A DNA stretch of 51,887 nucleotides. It comes from Pirellula sp. GTDB lineage: Bacteria; Planctomycetota; Planctomycetia; Pirellulales; Pirellulaceae. Shown here one piece after another: positions 30,728 to 39,972 of the stretch. Numbering within the stretch: position 1 is the stretch's first letter; every line of letters starts with the position of its first letter. The notes beneath the pieces were generated by a model. The model was not told the origin of the DNA and did no database searches. It worked only from the letters and a program-made list of their open reading frames with translations. The position numbers and the translations under genes are program-made. The stretch lies in assembly GCA_046086605.1 (NCBI GenBank), contig JBJSXX010000290.1:1-51887 (forward strand). The letters are read 5' to 3'.

Positions 30728-32158
30728 TTAGCCGTGGTATCGCCAGTCGCGAATATCGATAAAACGGCCGGCAATCGCCGCAGCGGCGGCCATCGCAGGA
30801 GAGACCAGATGTGTTCGGCCTCCTTTGCCTTGACGTCCTTCAAAGTTTCGGTTGGATGTCGAAGCGCATCGCTCTCCGGGTTCCAAGCGATCTGGATTCA
30901 TCGCCAAACACATGCTGCAACCGGCTTCTCGCCAATCGAATCCTGCTTGTTTGAAAACCTGATCCAGCCCCTCTTTTTCGGCCTGTCTTTTTACCTGCCC
31001 ACTTCCGGGCACAACCATCGCATGGACTTGGTTCGAGACCCGATACCCTTGAACGACTTTCGCAGCAGCTCGCAAGTCTTCGATCCGTGCGTTGGTACAC
31101 GAGCCGATAAAGACACGCTGGACTTGTGTATCGGTTAGCTTCGATCCAGCTTTGAGTCCCATGTATTCCAAAGCGCTAGCAGTCGACTTGCGCTCCGTCT
31201 CATCCTGAAAATCTTCTGGGGATGGAACCGGAGTGTTGACCGAGATGACTTGGCCTGGATTGGTTCCCCAGGTTATCTGCGGCTCGATATCTTGACCGCG
31301 ATACAGATCAACTCGATCGTACAGAGCTCCAGGATCCGAAGGGAGTTGTCGCCAAAGTTCCACAGCCCGATCGAAATCCTTGGTGCCAAAAGGTCTACCC
31401 CTCAAGTAATCGAACGTGGTCTGATCAGGAGCGATCATTCCGGCTCGGGCCCCAGCCTCGATTGACATATTGCAAACCGTCATGCGCTCTTCCATCGAAA
31501 GACCTCGAATCACCTCACCGGTGTATTCGAGCACATAACCGGTCCCTCCAGAGGTAGTCAGCTTTCCGATCAGATAGAGGATTAAATCCTTAGCGGTCAC
31601 CCCGGGAGCCAAGGCCCCATCGACTCTGAGTTCATAAGTCTTAGGCGAGTACTGCAAAAGAGTTTGGGTCGCAAGCACATGCTCGACTTCGCTCGTTCCG
31701 ATCCCAAAGGCTAGAGCACCAAAGGCACCGTGGGTCGCGGTGTGCGAATCGCCACAAACAATCGTCATGCCTGGCTGCGTGTAGCCAAGCTCAGGGCCGA
31801 TGATATGAACAATTCCCTGATTCGTATCGTTCAAATCGTAAAGACGGATGCCAAACTCTCGACAGTTGTTGCGAAGGGTGTCGACCTGTTGGCGGGAGAT
31901 CGCATCAGCGATGGGCAAGGATCGGTCGGTCGTCGGCACGTTGTGATCCGGTGTAGCAATCGTTCGCTCGGGCCGTCGGACTTTGCGGCCCGCTAATCTC
32001 AAACCTTCGAAGGCCTGGGCACTGGTGACCTCATGCACCAAGTGCAGGTCAATGTACAAGATCGCTTGTTTCCCAGATTCATGATGAACGACGTGTTGGT
32101 CCCAAATCTTCTGGAACATCGTTCTGGGCCGGTGGTGACTCGGTGTCGAGTGGGTCAT
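30728..32158 (-). CDS. leuC: 3-isopropylmalate dehydratase large subunit
   Basis: [24 protein letters not shown] and [12 protein letters not shown]. Confidence 0.97.
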   Translation of the reverse strand: MTHSTPSHHRPRTMFQKIWDQHVVHHESGKQAILYIDLHLVHEVTSAQAFEGLRLAGRKVRRPERTIATPDHNVPTTDRSLPIADAISRQQVDTLRNNCREFGIRLYDLNDTNQGIVHIIGPELGYTQPGMTIVCGDSHTATHGAFGALAFGIGTSEVEHVLATQTLLQYSPKTYELRVDGALAPGVTAKDLILYLIGKLTTSGGTGYVLEYTGEVIRGLSMEERMTVCNMSIEAGARAGMIAPDQTTFDYLRGRPFGTKDFDRAVELWRQLPSDPGALYDRVDLYRGQDIEPQITWGTNPGQVISVNTPVPSPEDFQDETERKSTASALEYMGLKAGSKLTDTQVQRVFIGSCTNARIEDLRAAAKVVQGYRVSNQVHAMVVPGSGQVKRQAEKEGLDQVFKQAGFDWREAGCSMCLAMNPDRLEPGERCASTSNRNFEGRQGKGGRTHLVSPAMAAAAAIAGRFIDIRDWRYHG

Positions 32159-32329
32159 AACTGCCTGATTTGTGTGGGTTTTCGTTGTCTTTTATTGATG
32201 CGAACCGATAAAGTTCCGGTGAAAATTTTATCCTCTGATCTTTTGAAGAAGACTGGTGTATAGTAACCTACTCCCTCCGATAGCGCAATGCCCAATTGAA
32301 CTTGTGAAATTAAAGGAAGTGATTGTCTT

Positions 32330-32899
32330 ATGGCCGACGCAGATGCTTTCCAAAATCGATGCCGCTCGCTCGAAAATGCTTTCTTCTCCGATCTAGATCA
32401 AAAGCTCATCCGGGAACTACAGGAAAAGCTATCTGTCGAAGAGGCTATCACGAATCTTCGTGCCGAGTCGGGGATCAAAGACGATGCGGCTCTTCGAGCC
32501 CTCCATGGACTTGGAGTCACCCCACAAGCCCTATCGGCCTTTAGGATTTTCCCTTTGGCCGCAGTCGCTTGGGCAGATGGCCACGCTGACCAACAGGAAG
32601 TCACCGCCGTACGTATGATCGCCGAGCGATACTTGGCCAAAGGCTCCGAAGCATCGAAACTTTTGGAAAGATGGCTCAAGGAACGGCCTTCGACAGAAAT
32701 GCTAACGACATGGGAGTCGTGTGCCGAAGCTGTCTTCTCGTCGATCGATGCGACACAAAGTAAATCCCTCAAACATCAGCTTGTCGAAGAAGTCGACGAG
32801 GTAGCTCGCGCAAGCGGAGGACTGCTAGGCTTTGGTGCGACGACCAAATCCGAAAGCGATATGATCGCTCGCATCAAAAAAACCTTAGGTGTCTCCTAA
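32330..32899 (+). CDS. hypothetical protein with a TerB-like domain
   Basis: SD AAGGAAG, VAWADGHADQQE motif and C-terminal VARASGGLLGFG...SE. Confidence 0.75.
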   Translation: MADADAFQNRCRSLENAFFSDLDQKLIRELQEKLSVEEAITNLRAESGIKDDAALRALHGLGVTPQALSAFRIFPLAAVAWADGHADQQEVTAVRMIAERYLAKGSEASKLLERWLKERPSTEMLTTWESCAEAVFSSIDATQSKSLKHQLVEEVDEVARASGGLLGFGATTKSESDMIARIKKTLGVS

Positions 32900-32947
32900 C
32901 CGAGCACGCCCTAAGATCTTCTCTGTTTCAATCGATTTGTTCCGATT

Positions 32948-33673
32948 ATGTCATCCGAGCCTTCTTCAAAGACAGATGCCCCAAAAGTGGTTTGGCACGC
33001 AGGCTCGGTCAGTCCGATGGATCGCAGTAAGCTTTTGGGCCAAGTTGGTTGTGTGGTTTGGTTTACAGGACTTAGCGGTTCAGGCAAATCGACCATAGCC
33101 AACGCTCTGGATCAAATGCTGTTACAAAACGGCCACCCGAGTTTGCTTCTCGATGGAGACAATATTCGTCATGGCCTGTGCGCTACGCCAAATATCCTAA
33201 AATCCATTTACGGTGAACCGTTTTCGGAACGATTCGGATTGGGGTTTTCCCCGCAGGACCGCGAAGAGAATATTCGCCGAATCGGCCAGGTCGCTTGCTT
33301 GCTGGCCTCCGCTGGATTGATCTGCTTGAGCGCTTTTGTGAGCCCTTATCGCAAAGACCGAGAAAGAGTAAAAAGCATCGTCGAGCAATCCGGTCAGTTT
33401 CGTTTCTTTGAAGTCTTCGTCGATGCACCTCTGGATGTATGCGAGGCACGCGACCCCAAAGGTCTCTATCGCCAAGCTCGCGAAGGAAAGATCCCTTTTT
33501 TTACAGGAATCTCCGATCCCTACGAGCCTCCCGAAGCTCCCGCCCTGACACTCGACTCAAGCAAGCATTCCCCTGAATACCATGCCCAAAGAGTCATGGA
33601 CTTGCTCTCGAGCGAAAACCTATTCTTGGATCGATCGAGCCACGCTCGATGCGTCCTAGGGAGCGGATCATGA
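32948..33673 (+). CDS. cysC: adenylyl-sulfate kinase
   Basis: WFTGLSGSGKST, LDGDNIRHGL, DREENIRRI, RDPKGLY and FTGISDPYEPP. Confidence 0.95.
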   Translation: MSSEPSSKTDAPKVVWHAGSVSPMDRSKLLGQVGCVVWFTGLSGSGKSTIANALDQMLLQNGHPSLLLDGDNIRHGLCATPNILKSIYGEPFSERFGLGFSPQDREENIRRIGQVACLLASAGLICLSAFVSPYRKDRERVKSIVEQSGQFRFFEVFVDAPLDVCEARDPKGLYRQAREGKIPFFTGISDPYEPPEAPALTLDSSKHSPEYHAQRVMDLLSSENLFLDRSSHARCVLGSGS

Positions 33674-34503
33674 ACGGCCAGTCGACCTACCGCTATGTGG
33701 TTCGATGTGGAATGAATCGAACGATCTTTTCCATGAACTCAAGGTCTGAGCACAAGCGGGGGGATCAAGTCATCGCCAGATCCAATCGTGGTCTGGAACT
33801 CGGTGAAATCCTCTGTGAAATCACCCCACAGAATGAAGCCTCCACCGAAAAACTCGCCGGTGGAACGATTCAACGCCCAGCCGGCGCAAATGAGCTAGCG
33901 ACCGTTGCTCAATTGAAACGACAATCGCAAGAGGATGCGACGGAATGCCAATCGCAAATCGACAGCCTCGGATTACCCATGTCGGTTGTCGATGTCGAAA
34001 GGATCTTCGGCGGTGAGATCGTCACGATCTACTTCACTGCCGCTGAACGCGTCGACTTTCGCGAGCTCGTCAAGAGACTTGCGGCCAAGTTTCAGTCCCG
34101 CATCGAGATGAGGCAAATCGGTGCTAGAGACGAAGCGAAACTGCTTGGTGATTACGGAGATTGCGGGCGTCCCCTTTGTTGCTCAGGTTACCTTCAACAG
34201 ATGCCCCCAGTGACCATGCGCATGGCGAAACTTCAAAAAGCCACGCTCGATCCGAACAAGCTTTCAGGGCGCTGCGGACGACTCAAATGCTGCCTTCGCT
34301 ACGAGAACGATCACTACGAGGAACTCGCATCGAAGATCCCGCCACCGGGGAGCGAAATCCTGACGCGAGAGGGCAAAGCGCGAGTGCTCAATGTCGAACT
34401 GCTCGCCCAGCAAATGCTCATCGCTACCGAGGACAACCGACGAATACTCATAACACCCGATGAATGCCTATCGGTCATCAAACGAGGCACCGAACTCTCA
34501 TGA
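33670..34503 (+). CDS. PSP1-domain / RicT (YaaT)-like Fe-S protein
   Basis: RVDFRELVK, RIEMRQIGARDEAK, CGRPLCC and SGRCGRLKCCLRYE; ATGA overlap with cysC. Confidence 0.9.
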   Translation: MNGQSTYRYVVRCGMNRTIFSMNSRSEHKRGDQVIARSNRGLELGEILCEITPQNEASTEKLAGGTIQRPAGANELATVAQLKRQSQEDATECQSQIDSLGLPMSVVDVERIFGGEIVTIYFTAAERVDFRELVKRLAAKFQSRIEMRQIGARDEAKLLGDYGDCGRPLCCSGYLQQMPPVTMRMAKLQKATLDPNKLSGRCGRLKCCLRYENDHYEELASKIPPPGSEILTREGKARVLNVELLAQQMLIATEDNRRILITPDECLSVIKRGTELS

Positions 34504-34919
34504 ACGAACATGTCCTGGCTATGATGGAACTATTGGCAAAAGATCAACGTTACCACTTGGATGCTTACCAATTCGTCCGAGAAAGCCTCGCCTACGCTCA
34601 GCGCGTCATGAAACTCCCTTCGTACACCGGCGATAACGAGAACGACGAAGGCCAATCGGATCGGCATTTGACCGGCCAACAACTTTGCCAAGCCATTCGC
34701 GAATACGCGCTCGATCAATATGGAGCTCTTGCAAAAACCGTCCTCAATAGCTGGGGGATTCACACCACTGGCGACTTCGGTGAGATCGTGTACAACTTGA
34801 TCCGCATCCGCGAAATGAGGAAGAGCAAATCCGACCGACGTCAAGACTTCGACGATCAATACGACTTCGACGAAGCCTTCAAGCCCCGCTTCGAACGCAT
34901 CGGGAGTCAAGATGGATAA
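34500..34919 (+). CDS. Minf_1886 / TIGR04138-like PVC conserved protein
   Basis: DQRYHLDAYQFVRESL, HLTGQQL, WGIHTTGDFGEIVYNLI and D...DF; ATGA overlap with the upstream gene. Confidence 0.85.
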   Translation: MNEHVLAMMELLAKDQRYHLDAYQFVRESLAYAQRVMKLPSYTGDNENDEGQSDRHLTGQQLCQAIREYALDQYGALAKTVLNSWGIHTTGDFGEIVYNLIRIREMRKSKSDRRQDFDDQYDFDEAFKPRFERIGSQDG

Positions 34920-35009
34920 GCGGTTCTTGCTCGCTTCGCTTCTGCTAGGCTGCTGGGGCGGCTATATGCTTTGGGTGGTTTCAAGGATCTGGCTCGAATC
35001 TCGCTAGCT

Positions 35010-36221
35010 ATGAAATACGTCATCATTATTCCCGACGGCTGTGCCGATTACCCGGTCGAAGCCCTCGGTGGAAAAACGCCATTACAAGCCGCCTTGACCC
35101 CGAACATGGACGCGGTGGCTCAAACTGGAATTGTAGGTCAATCCGACAACGTCCCGCTGCACTTGCCAGCCGGGAGCGAGGTCGCCAACATGACCCTTTT
35201 TGGCTACGACCCAAACGTTTACTTCACCGGAAGAGCACCGATCGAAGCGGCAGCCCAAGGCATCGTGCTCGGTCCACACGATTGGGCGATCCGCTGCAAT
35301 ACCGTCACCATCCTCGACCAAATCATGGTCGACTTTACCGCTGACCACGCAAGCAACCAAGAAGCCCGCGATGTGCTTGCAAGCGTTCAAACGACGTTGA
35401 ATGACCCACGTTTAGAGTTCACGCCGGGCGTTAGCTACCGCAACCTACTGATCTATCGAGGCAGGCCCAACGACGCTTCACCTTTCTCCGGAGAAACCCG
35501 GACCCGAGCCCCACACGACTTGACCGACGGATCGGTCATCGACGATTTCCCCCGTGGACCTGGTTGCGATTTACTCTCGGAGTGGATGCAAATCAGCTCC
35601 GATGTCCTCAGCAACCATCCCGTCAACGCAGCAAGGCTCGAGCAAGGTCGCACACCGATCACGCACCTTTGGCTCTGGGGACTTGGGAAAACGCCATCGC
35701 TGGAAAACTTTTCAAAGAGGTTCGGCATCAACGGCTCGATGATCACTGCCGTCGATCTACTTCGCGGTCTGGCTGCCCTTGTCGGATGGGAAAGGATCGA
35801 AGCTCCTGGTGCCACCGGTTATTTGGACACCGACTATGCTTCGAAGGGGCGAACTGCGATCGCGGCTTTGCAAAAACACGACTTGGTTTGTGTGCATATC
35901 GAAGCCCCCGATGAGGCGAGCCACGAGGGGCGTGTCGAAGAGAAAGTCAAAGCCCTCGAAGCGATCGACCGGGAAATTGTCGGCCCGCTTTTCAAAGCAC
36001 TAAAAGACCATGGGGATTATCGCATTTTGATCACCCCAGATCATCCCACACCCGTTAGTACCAAGAAACATTCCCATGGCTGGGTTCCTTTTACGATCGC
36101 CGGAAAAGGGATTCACGCCGATGGCTCACGAACCTACGACGAAGTCTCTGCGGCGCAAAGCGGACTTCAGATCCCCAACGGATGGGAGCTTATGCCTCGG
36201 TTCATCCAAGGCCAATGGTGA
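35010..36221 (+). CDS. apgM: cofactor-independent phosphoglycerate mutase (ApgM type)
   Basis: IPDGCAD, GKTPLQAA, GSEVAN, GRAPIEAA, HIEAPDEASHEG and PDHPTP. Start placed at MKYV. Confidence 0.9.
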   Translation: MKYVIIIPDGCADYPVEALGGKTPLQAALTPNMDAVAQTGIVGQSDNVPLHLPAGSEVANMTLFGYDPNVYFTGRAPIEAAAQGIVLGPHDWAIRCNTVTILDQIMVDFTADHASNQEARDVLASVQTTLNDPRLEFTPGVSYRNLLIYRGRPNDASPFSGETRTRAPHDLTDGSVIDDFPRGPGCDLLSEWMQISSDVLSNHPVNAARLEQGRTPITHLWLWGLGKTPSLENFSKRFGINGSMITAVDLLRGLAALVGWERIEAPGATGYLDTDYASKGRTAIAALQKHDLVCVHIEAPDEASHEGRVEEKVKALEAIDREIVGPLFKALKDHGDYRILITPDHPTPVSTKKHSHGWVPFTIAGKGIHADGSRTYDEVSAAQSGLQIPNGWELMPRFIQGQW

Positions 36222-36239
36222 TTGCGTTGCAAGAGAAAT

Positions 36240-37232
36240 CTATTCTCGCAATTCCCGACCTGTTAAATGCAAAAACACATGGTGCAAGTTGGGTGTTTGA
36301 AGCTCTAAATTCTTGATCCGCACCCCGGAGGCACCAAGACTCTCGATCCATTTGGGTAGTTCGTCGGCTAGGTTCTCGCAAGCTCCCACGATTCGTCCAG
36401 AGGGAGCATGAAACGCAAGCCCTGCGGGGATTTCACTGAGTGCTCCTTCGACCTCCAATGAGACACGCTTGAGCTTACCAACGGTTTGCTCGAGGAGTTG
36501 ATCGATCGTTCCATCGGCAATCACTTTGCCATGATCGATAATCACAATCCGATCGCTTCGCTCCTGAGCTTCATCCAAATGATGAGTGGTGAGAAGGATT
36601 GTTGTTCCGACCCGATTAAGTTCATCAAGCATATCGAAGATACGTTGACGGCTCTGTGGATCGACGCCTACGGTGGGTTCGTCCAAGAGCAACAATCCCG
36701 GGGAATGCATCACTCCGCAAGCGATATTCACACGTCGCTTCATCCCACCGGAAAACTTGGCCGTCAAATCTCCCGCACGGTCTTGCAGGCCAATCCAGTG
36801 AAGAGCCCAATCGACCCGATCGTGCAACTTGCGCCCTCTCAATCCATGGAGCCGAGCGAAACACTCAAGGTTTTCTTTCGCCGATAAGTCGGGATAAATC
36901 GCCAACTCTTGCGGAACAACGCCCAGTTGGGCCGTTGCATTGGGAAGCCCCAGTTTTTTTCCAAAAAGCTTCACTTCACCTGCCGAGACTTCCACTCGAC
37001 CACTGATGCAGCGGATAAGCGTTGTTTTGCCAGCTCCGTTTGGCCCAAGCAGCGCGATGCGTTCCCCGGCACGGACCGTAAATGTGACACCCGAGAGAGC
37101 TTCATTTCCAGCATACGATTTGCGAACATCGCTGACCTCCAACGCCACCTCGGTCGACTGGGCAGGGCGTAAGCGTTGAGATCGAATCTTGATCCGCTGG
37201 CTTAGCAAATGGGATTTCGCTTCTGGTTCCAA
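36240..37232 (-). CDS. ABC-2 type exporter ATP-binding subunit
   Basis: [36 protein letters not shown] and VFLHLTGRELRE. Confidence 0.92.
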   Translation of the reverse strand: MEPEAKSHLLSQRIKIRSQRLRPAQSTEVALEVSDVRKSYAGNEALSGVTFTVRAGERIALLGPNGAGKTTLIRCISGRVEVSAGEVKLFGKKLGLPNATAQLGVVPQELAIYPDLSAKENLECFARLHGLRGRKLHDRVDWALHWIGLQDRAGDLTAKFSGGMKRRVNIACGVMHSPGLLLLDEPTVGVDPQSRQRIFDMLDELNRVGTTILLTTHHLDEAQERSDRIVIIDHGKVIADGTIDQLLEQTVGKLKRVSLEVEGALSEIPAGLAFHAPSGRIVGACENLADELPKWIESLGASGVRIKNLELQTPNLHHVFLHLTGRELRE

Positions 37233-37292
37233 TGAAAAGCTCCTTTGCGACTAACCTGACTGGGACTAGCCCAAGTCTTCCTCGGGGGCTTA

Positions 37293-37301
37293 TGGTATAA
37301 T
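37293..37301 (+). promoter_or_regulatory. extended -10 promoter for the kinase gene
   Basis: TGgTATAAT about 50 nt upstream of ATG 37351, in a divergent intergenic region. Confidence 0.55.
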
Positions 37302-37350
37302 ACCTCATACAAGCGATCCGACCGAGCCCGCTAGAGTAAACAGAAAACCC

Positions 37351-38277
37351 ATGGGTATTTTTGACAGCCTTTTCAAGAAGAACGCCGGCGGCGAGGCAGG
37401 CAAGCAAGCCGAAAAACCAAAGTCTCTTAAAGCCAGCAAATCGGTCGACATCGAAGCCCGCTTTGAACGACTGCGGTCTGCGATTTCCGGCACGATGAGC
37501 AACTTCTTTGTGGCCAAAGACCGCTACAATAATAACCGCGTCGTGGGTGTGAAGCTTTGCGATTCCGACAAGGTGCAGTTTTTCGAGAGCCGATTTAAAG
37601 GGCTCAATAAACCCAGCGAAGGGGAAATTGCGATCCAACTCAATCACTCGAACATCGTCGAAACCTACGAGTATGGGACTTCGAATCGAGGACAGCAATT
37701 TATCGTCATGGATTACATCGATGGTCCTGGATTACACCAGTTGATCGCCGATCGCAAAGAAGAGCTACTCGCAGGAAAAAGACTCGAACTCATCGGGCAG
37801 ATGGCAGAAGCCTTGGCTTATTTGCATCGCAAGGAGTTTATCCACCGCGATATCTGCCCTCGAAACTACATCGTGCTCAAAGACATGTCCAAGGTCAAGC
37901 TGATCGATTTTGGATTGACCCTACCGGCCACGAAAGCCTTCATGGCGCCGGGAAACCGCACCGGGACTCCTTTGTACATGTCTCCAGAGATCGTTCGGCG
38001 ACGCTCGACGGACAAACGGGTTGATATTTTTTCGTTTGCCGTGACGTGCTACCACCTGATCGCTTTTGATCTCCCATGGCAAATCGCCGATACCACCGGC
38101 CGCGCAGCCTTGCAGCACGACACCTCTCCCCCCCGAGATATCAGTGAACATCGTCCAGAGATCGATAAGGTTCTTGCCAACACGATCATGGCAGCGATGC
38201 ATCCGAATCCCGAATTGCGTACGCCCGACATGGAAACGTTCCTGCGCCAACTGCGCAACGTGAAAACTTCGCCGTAA
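37351..38277 (+). CDS. Hanks-type protein kinase (stand-alone catalytic domain)
   Basis: VGVK, GE (alphaC), HSNIV, HRDICPRN, IDFG, GTPLYMSPE and DIFSF. Confidence 0.92.
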   Translation: MGIFDSLFKKNAGGEAGKQAEKPKSLKASKSVDIEARFERLRSAISGTMSNFFVAKDRYNNNRVVGVKLCDSDKVQFFESRFKGLNKPSEGEIAIQLNHSNIVETYEYGTSNRGQQFIVMDYIDGPGLHQLIADRKEELLAGKRLELIGQMAEALAYLHRKEFIHRDICPRNYIVLKDMSKVKLIDFGLTLPATKAFMAPGNRTGTPLYMSPEIVRRRSTDKRVDIFSFAVTCYHLIAFDLPWQIADTTGRAALQHDTSPPRDISEHRPEIDKVLANTIMAAMHPNPELRTPDMETFLRQLRNVKTSP

Positions 38278-38360
38278 CGAACCAGAAAACCTCTCGGTTA
38301 CCAATCTTTTGGGCTTTCCGCGAATGCAAAGCGATCTATACTTTCGGACGGCTTTTGCAA

Positions 38361-38464
38361 GTGCCCGTCAAGGGCTCTCGCGAGGGGGAAGCGTGAATCT
38401 GGTCAGGACTTAAGTGGAGCAGCCATAAGCGTCATACTCTTGTGCGGGGGCCTTTGACGGGCAT
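38361..38464 (+). ncRNA. ffs: small bacterial SRP RNA (4.5S)
   Basis: Long closing stem GTGCCCGTCAAGGGCTCTCGC...GCGGGGGCCTTTGACGGGCAT. Domain IV signature GTGAAT-C-TGGT-CAGG-N10-AGCA-GCCA-TAAGC. TATACT -10 at 38337 and a T run after the stem. Confidence 0.9.
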
Positions 38465-38470
38465 TTTTTA

Positions 38471-39772
38471 TTACCTCGCCCCGCAATAACTTGCGAAAAA
38501 ATCCTCGGCGGCCTGGATCGTATGATCGATGTCTTGAATCGTGTGCGCTCGCGAAAAGAACAATGCCTCGAATTGACTGCAAGGCATATAGACACCACGC
38601 TCGATAAGCCCCCAGAAATATTTCGCAAATAGTTGACGATCCGACCCGTCGGCACTCGGCCAATCGACCACTGGATTGGAATTAAAAAACAGCGTCATCA
38701 TGCTTCCAACTCGCTGCATCTGAGCGGCTATGCCATGCTTAGTGGCAGCCGCAAGCAATCCATCGGCTAATCGCTTACCGAGCGATTCGAGATACTCGTA
38801 CGGTGGATCGTCGCGGAGAAGCTCGAGCGTCTTGGCCCCGGCTGCCGTTGCCAGCGGATTACCAGATAGCGTCCCTGCCTGATAAACCTTGCCAGCCGGC
38901 ATCACATGATCCATGATTTCCGAGCGGCCACCATAAGCGGCCAGAGGAAGTCCTCCGCCAACGATCTTGCCCAAGGTTGTCATATCAGGCTCGATCCCAA
39001 AGAGTTCCTGAGCGCCACCGTAAGCGACTCGAAACCCAGTCATGACTTCATCGAAAATCAAAACGACTCCATGGCGTCTGGTCTCTTCTCGCAACGTCTT
39101 GAGAAACTCCGGAGTCGGAATCACCGTACCCATGTTCCCAACGACTGGTTCAAGGATCACTGCAGCGATGGAATGCCCGAGTTGACCAAGCGTCTGACGA
39201 AGCGATTGGCAATCGTTGTAGTTCAGAACAATCGTATCTTGCGAAGTCCCAGGTGTCACCCCGGGTGAGTCGGGAACACCCAAGGTTGCTGCTGCTGAGC
39301 CTGCCGAAACGAGCAGTGAATCGACATGGCCATGGTAGCAACCCGAGAATTTGATAATTCGGTCGCGTCGAGTGAACCCTCGAGCCACCCGAATCGCACT
39401 CATGGTGGCTTCCGTTCCAGAACTCACCAATCGCACCCGCTGCATGCTAGGGAAAGCAGCCAGTATCAGCTCGGCGATACGAGATTCGTTCTGAGTCGGA
39501 GCCCCGTAAGAGGTACCCAACTGAGCTGCTCGGACAATCGATTCGATGACTTGCTCATGAGCGTGTCCCAGGATCATGGGCCCCCAAGAGCCGATGTAAT
39601 CGATGAATCGATTGCCGTCCAAATCGAAAAGATAAGCCCCCTTGGCGTGTTCGATGAATAACGGGTGACCGCCGACGGCCCCGAAAGCTCGCGCCGGAGA
39701 GTTTACCCCCCCAGGAATCAGCTTTTTAGCTCGTTCGAATGCAGCAAAGCTTTTGGATAGATCGATCTTCAT
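38471..39772 (-). CDS. hemL: glutamate-1-semialdehyde 2,1-aminomutase
   Basis: IPGGVNSPARAF, SWGPMILGHA, SGTEATM, FDEVMTGFR, GKIVGGG and YQAGTLSGNP. Confidence 0.97.
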   Translation of the reverse strand: MKIDLSKSFAAFERAKKLIPGGVNSPARAFGAVGGHPLFIEHAKGAYLFDLDGNRFIDYIGSWGPMILGHAHEQVIESIVRAAQLGTSYGAPTQNESRIAELILAAFPSMQRVRLVSSGTEATMSAIRVARGFTRRDRIIKFSGCYHGHVDSLLVSAGSAAATLGVPDSPGVTPGTSQDTIVLNYNDCQSLRQTLGQLGHSIAAVILEPVVGNMGTVIPTPEFLKTLREETRRHGVVLIFDEVMTGFRVAYGGAQELFGIEPDMTTLGKIVGGGLPLAAYGGRSEIMDHVMPAGKVYQAGTLSGNPLATAAGAKTLELLRDDPPYEYLESLGKRLADGLLAAATKHGIAAQMQRVGSMMTLFFNSNPVVDWPSADGSDRQLFAKYFWGLIERGVYMPCSQFEALFFSRAHTIQDIDHTIQAAEDFFASYCGAR

Positions 39773-39972
39773 GGCATTGGTGGTGGGTGGGAGATTTCGC
39801 GCCCGAGATATCGACCGAGGGTCCTCTCAAGCCCTTTCCCAACCGCAATAAAAGGGAGATAATCACCGGCGTAAGGGTCACTCATTCATCAAAAAAAGAT
39901 CGTACCAAAGACGACCTGCGAATCGAACCCCTTCTTCGGATATCTACAGGACTTACCCCAAGAATAAACATA

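Noticed and set aside
32204-32284. Two CCGATA motifs upstream of the gene at 32330 as sigma28 promoters
   Set aside because: No convincing -35 element at the right spacing.
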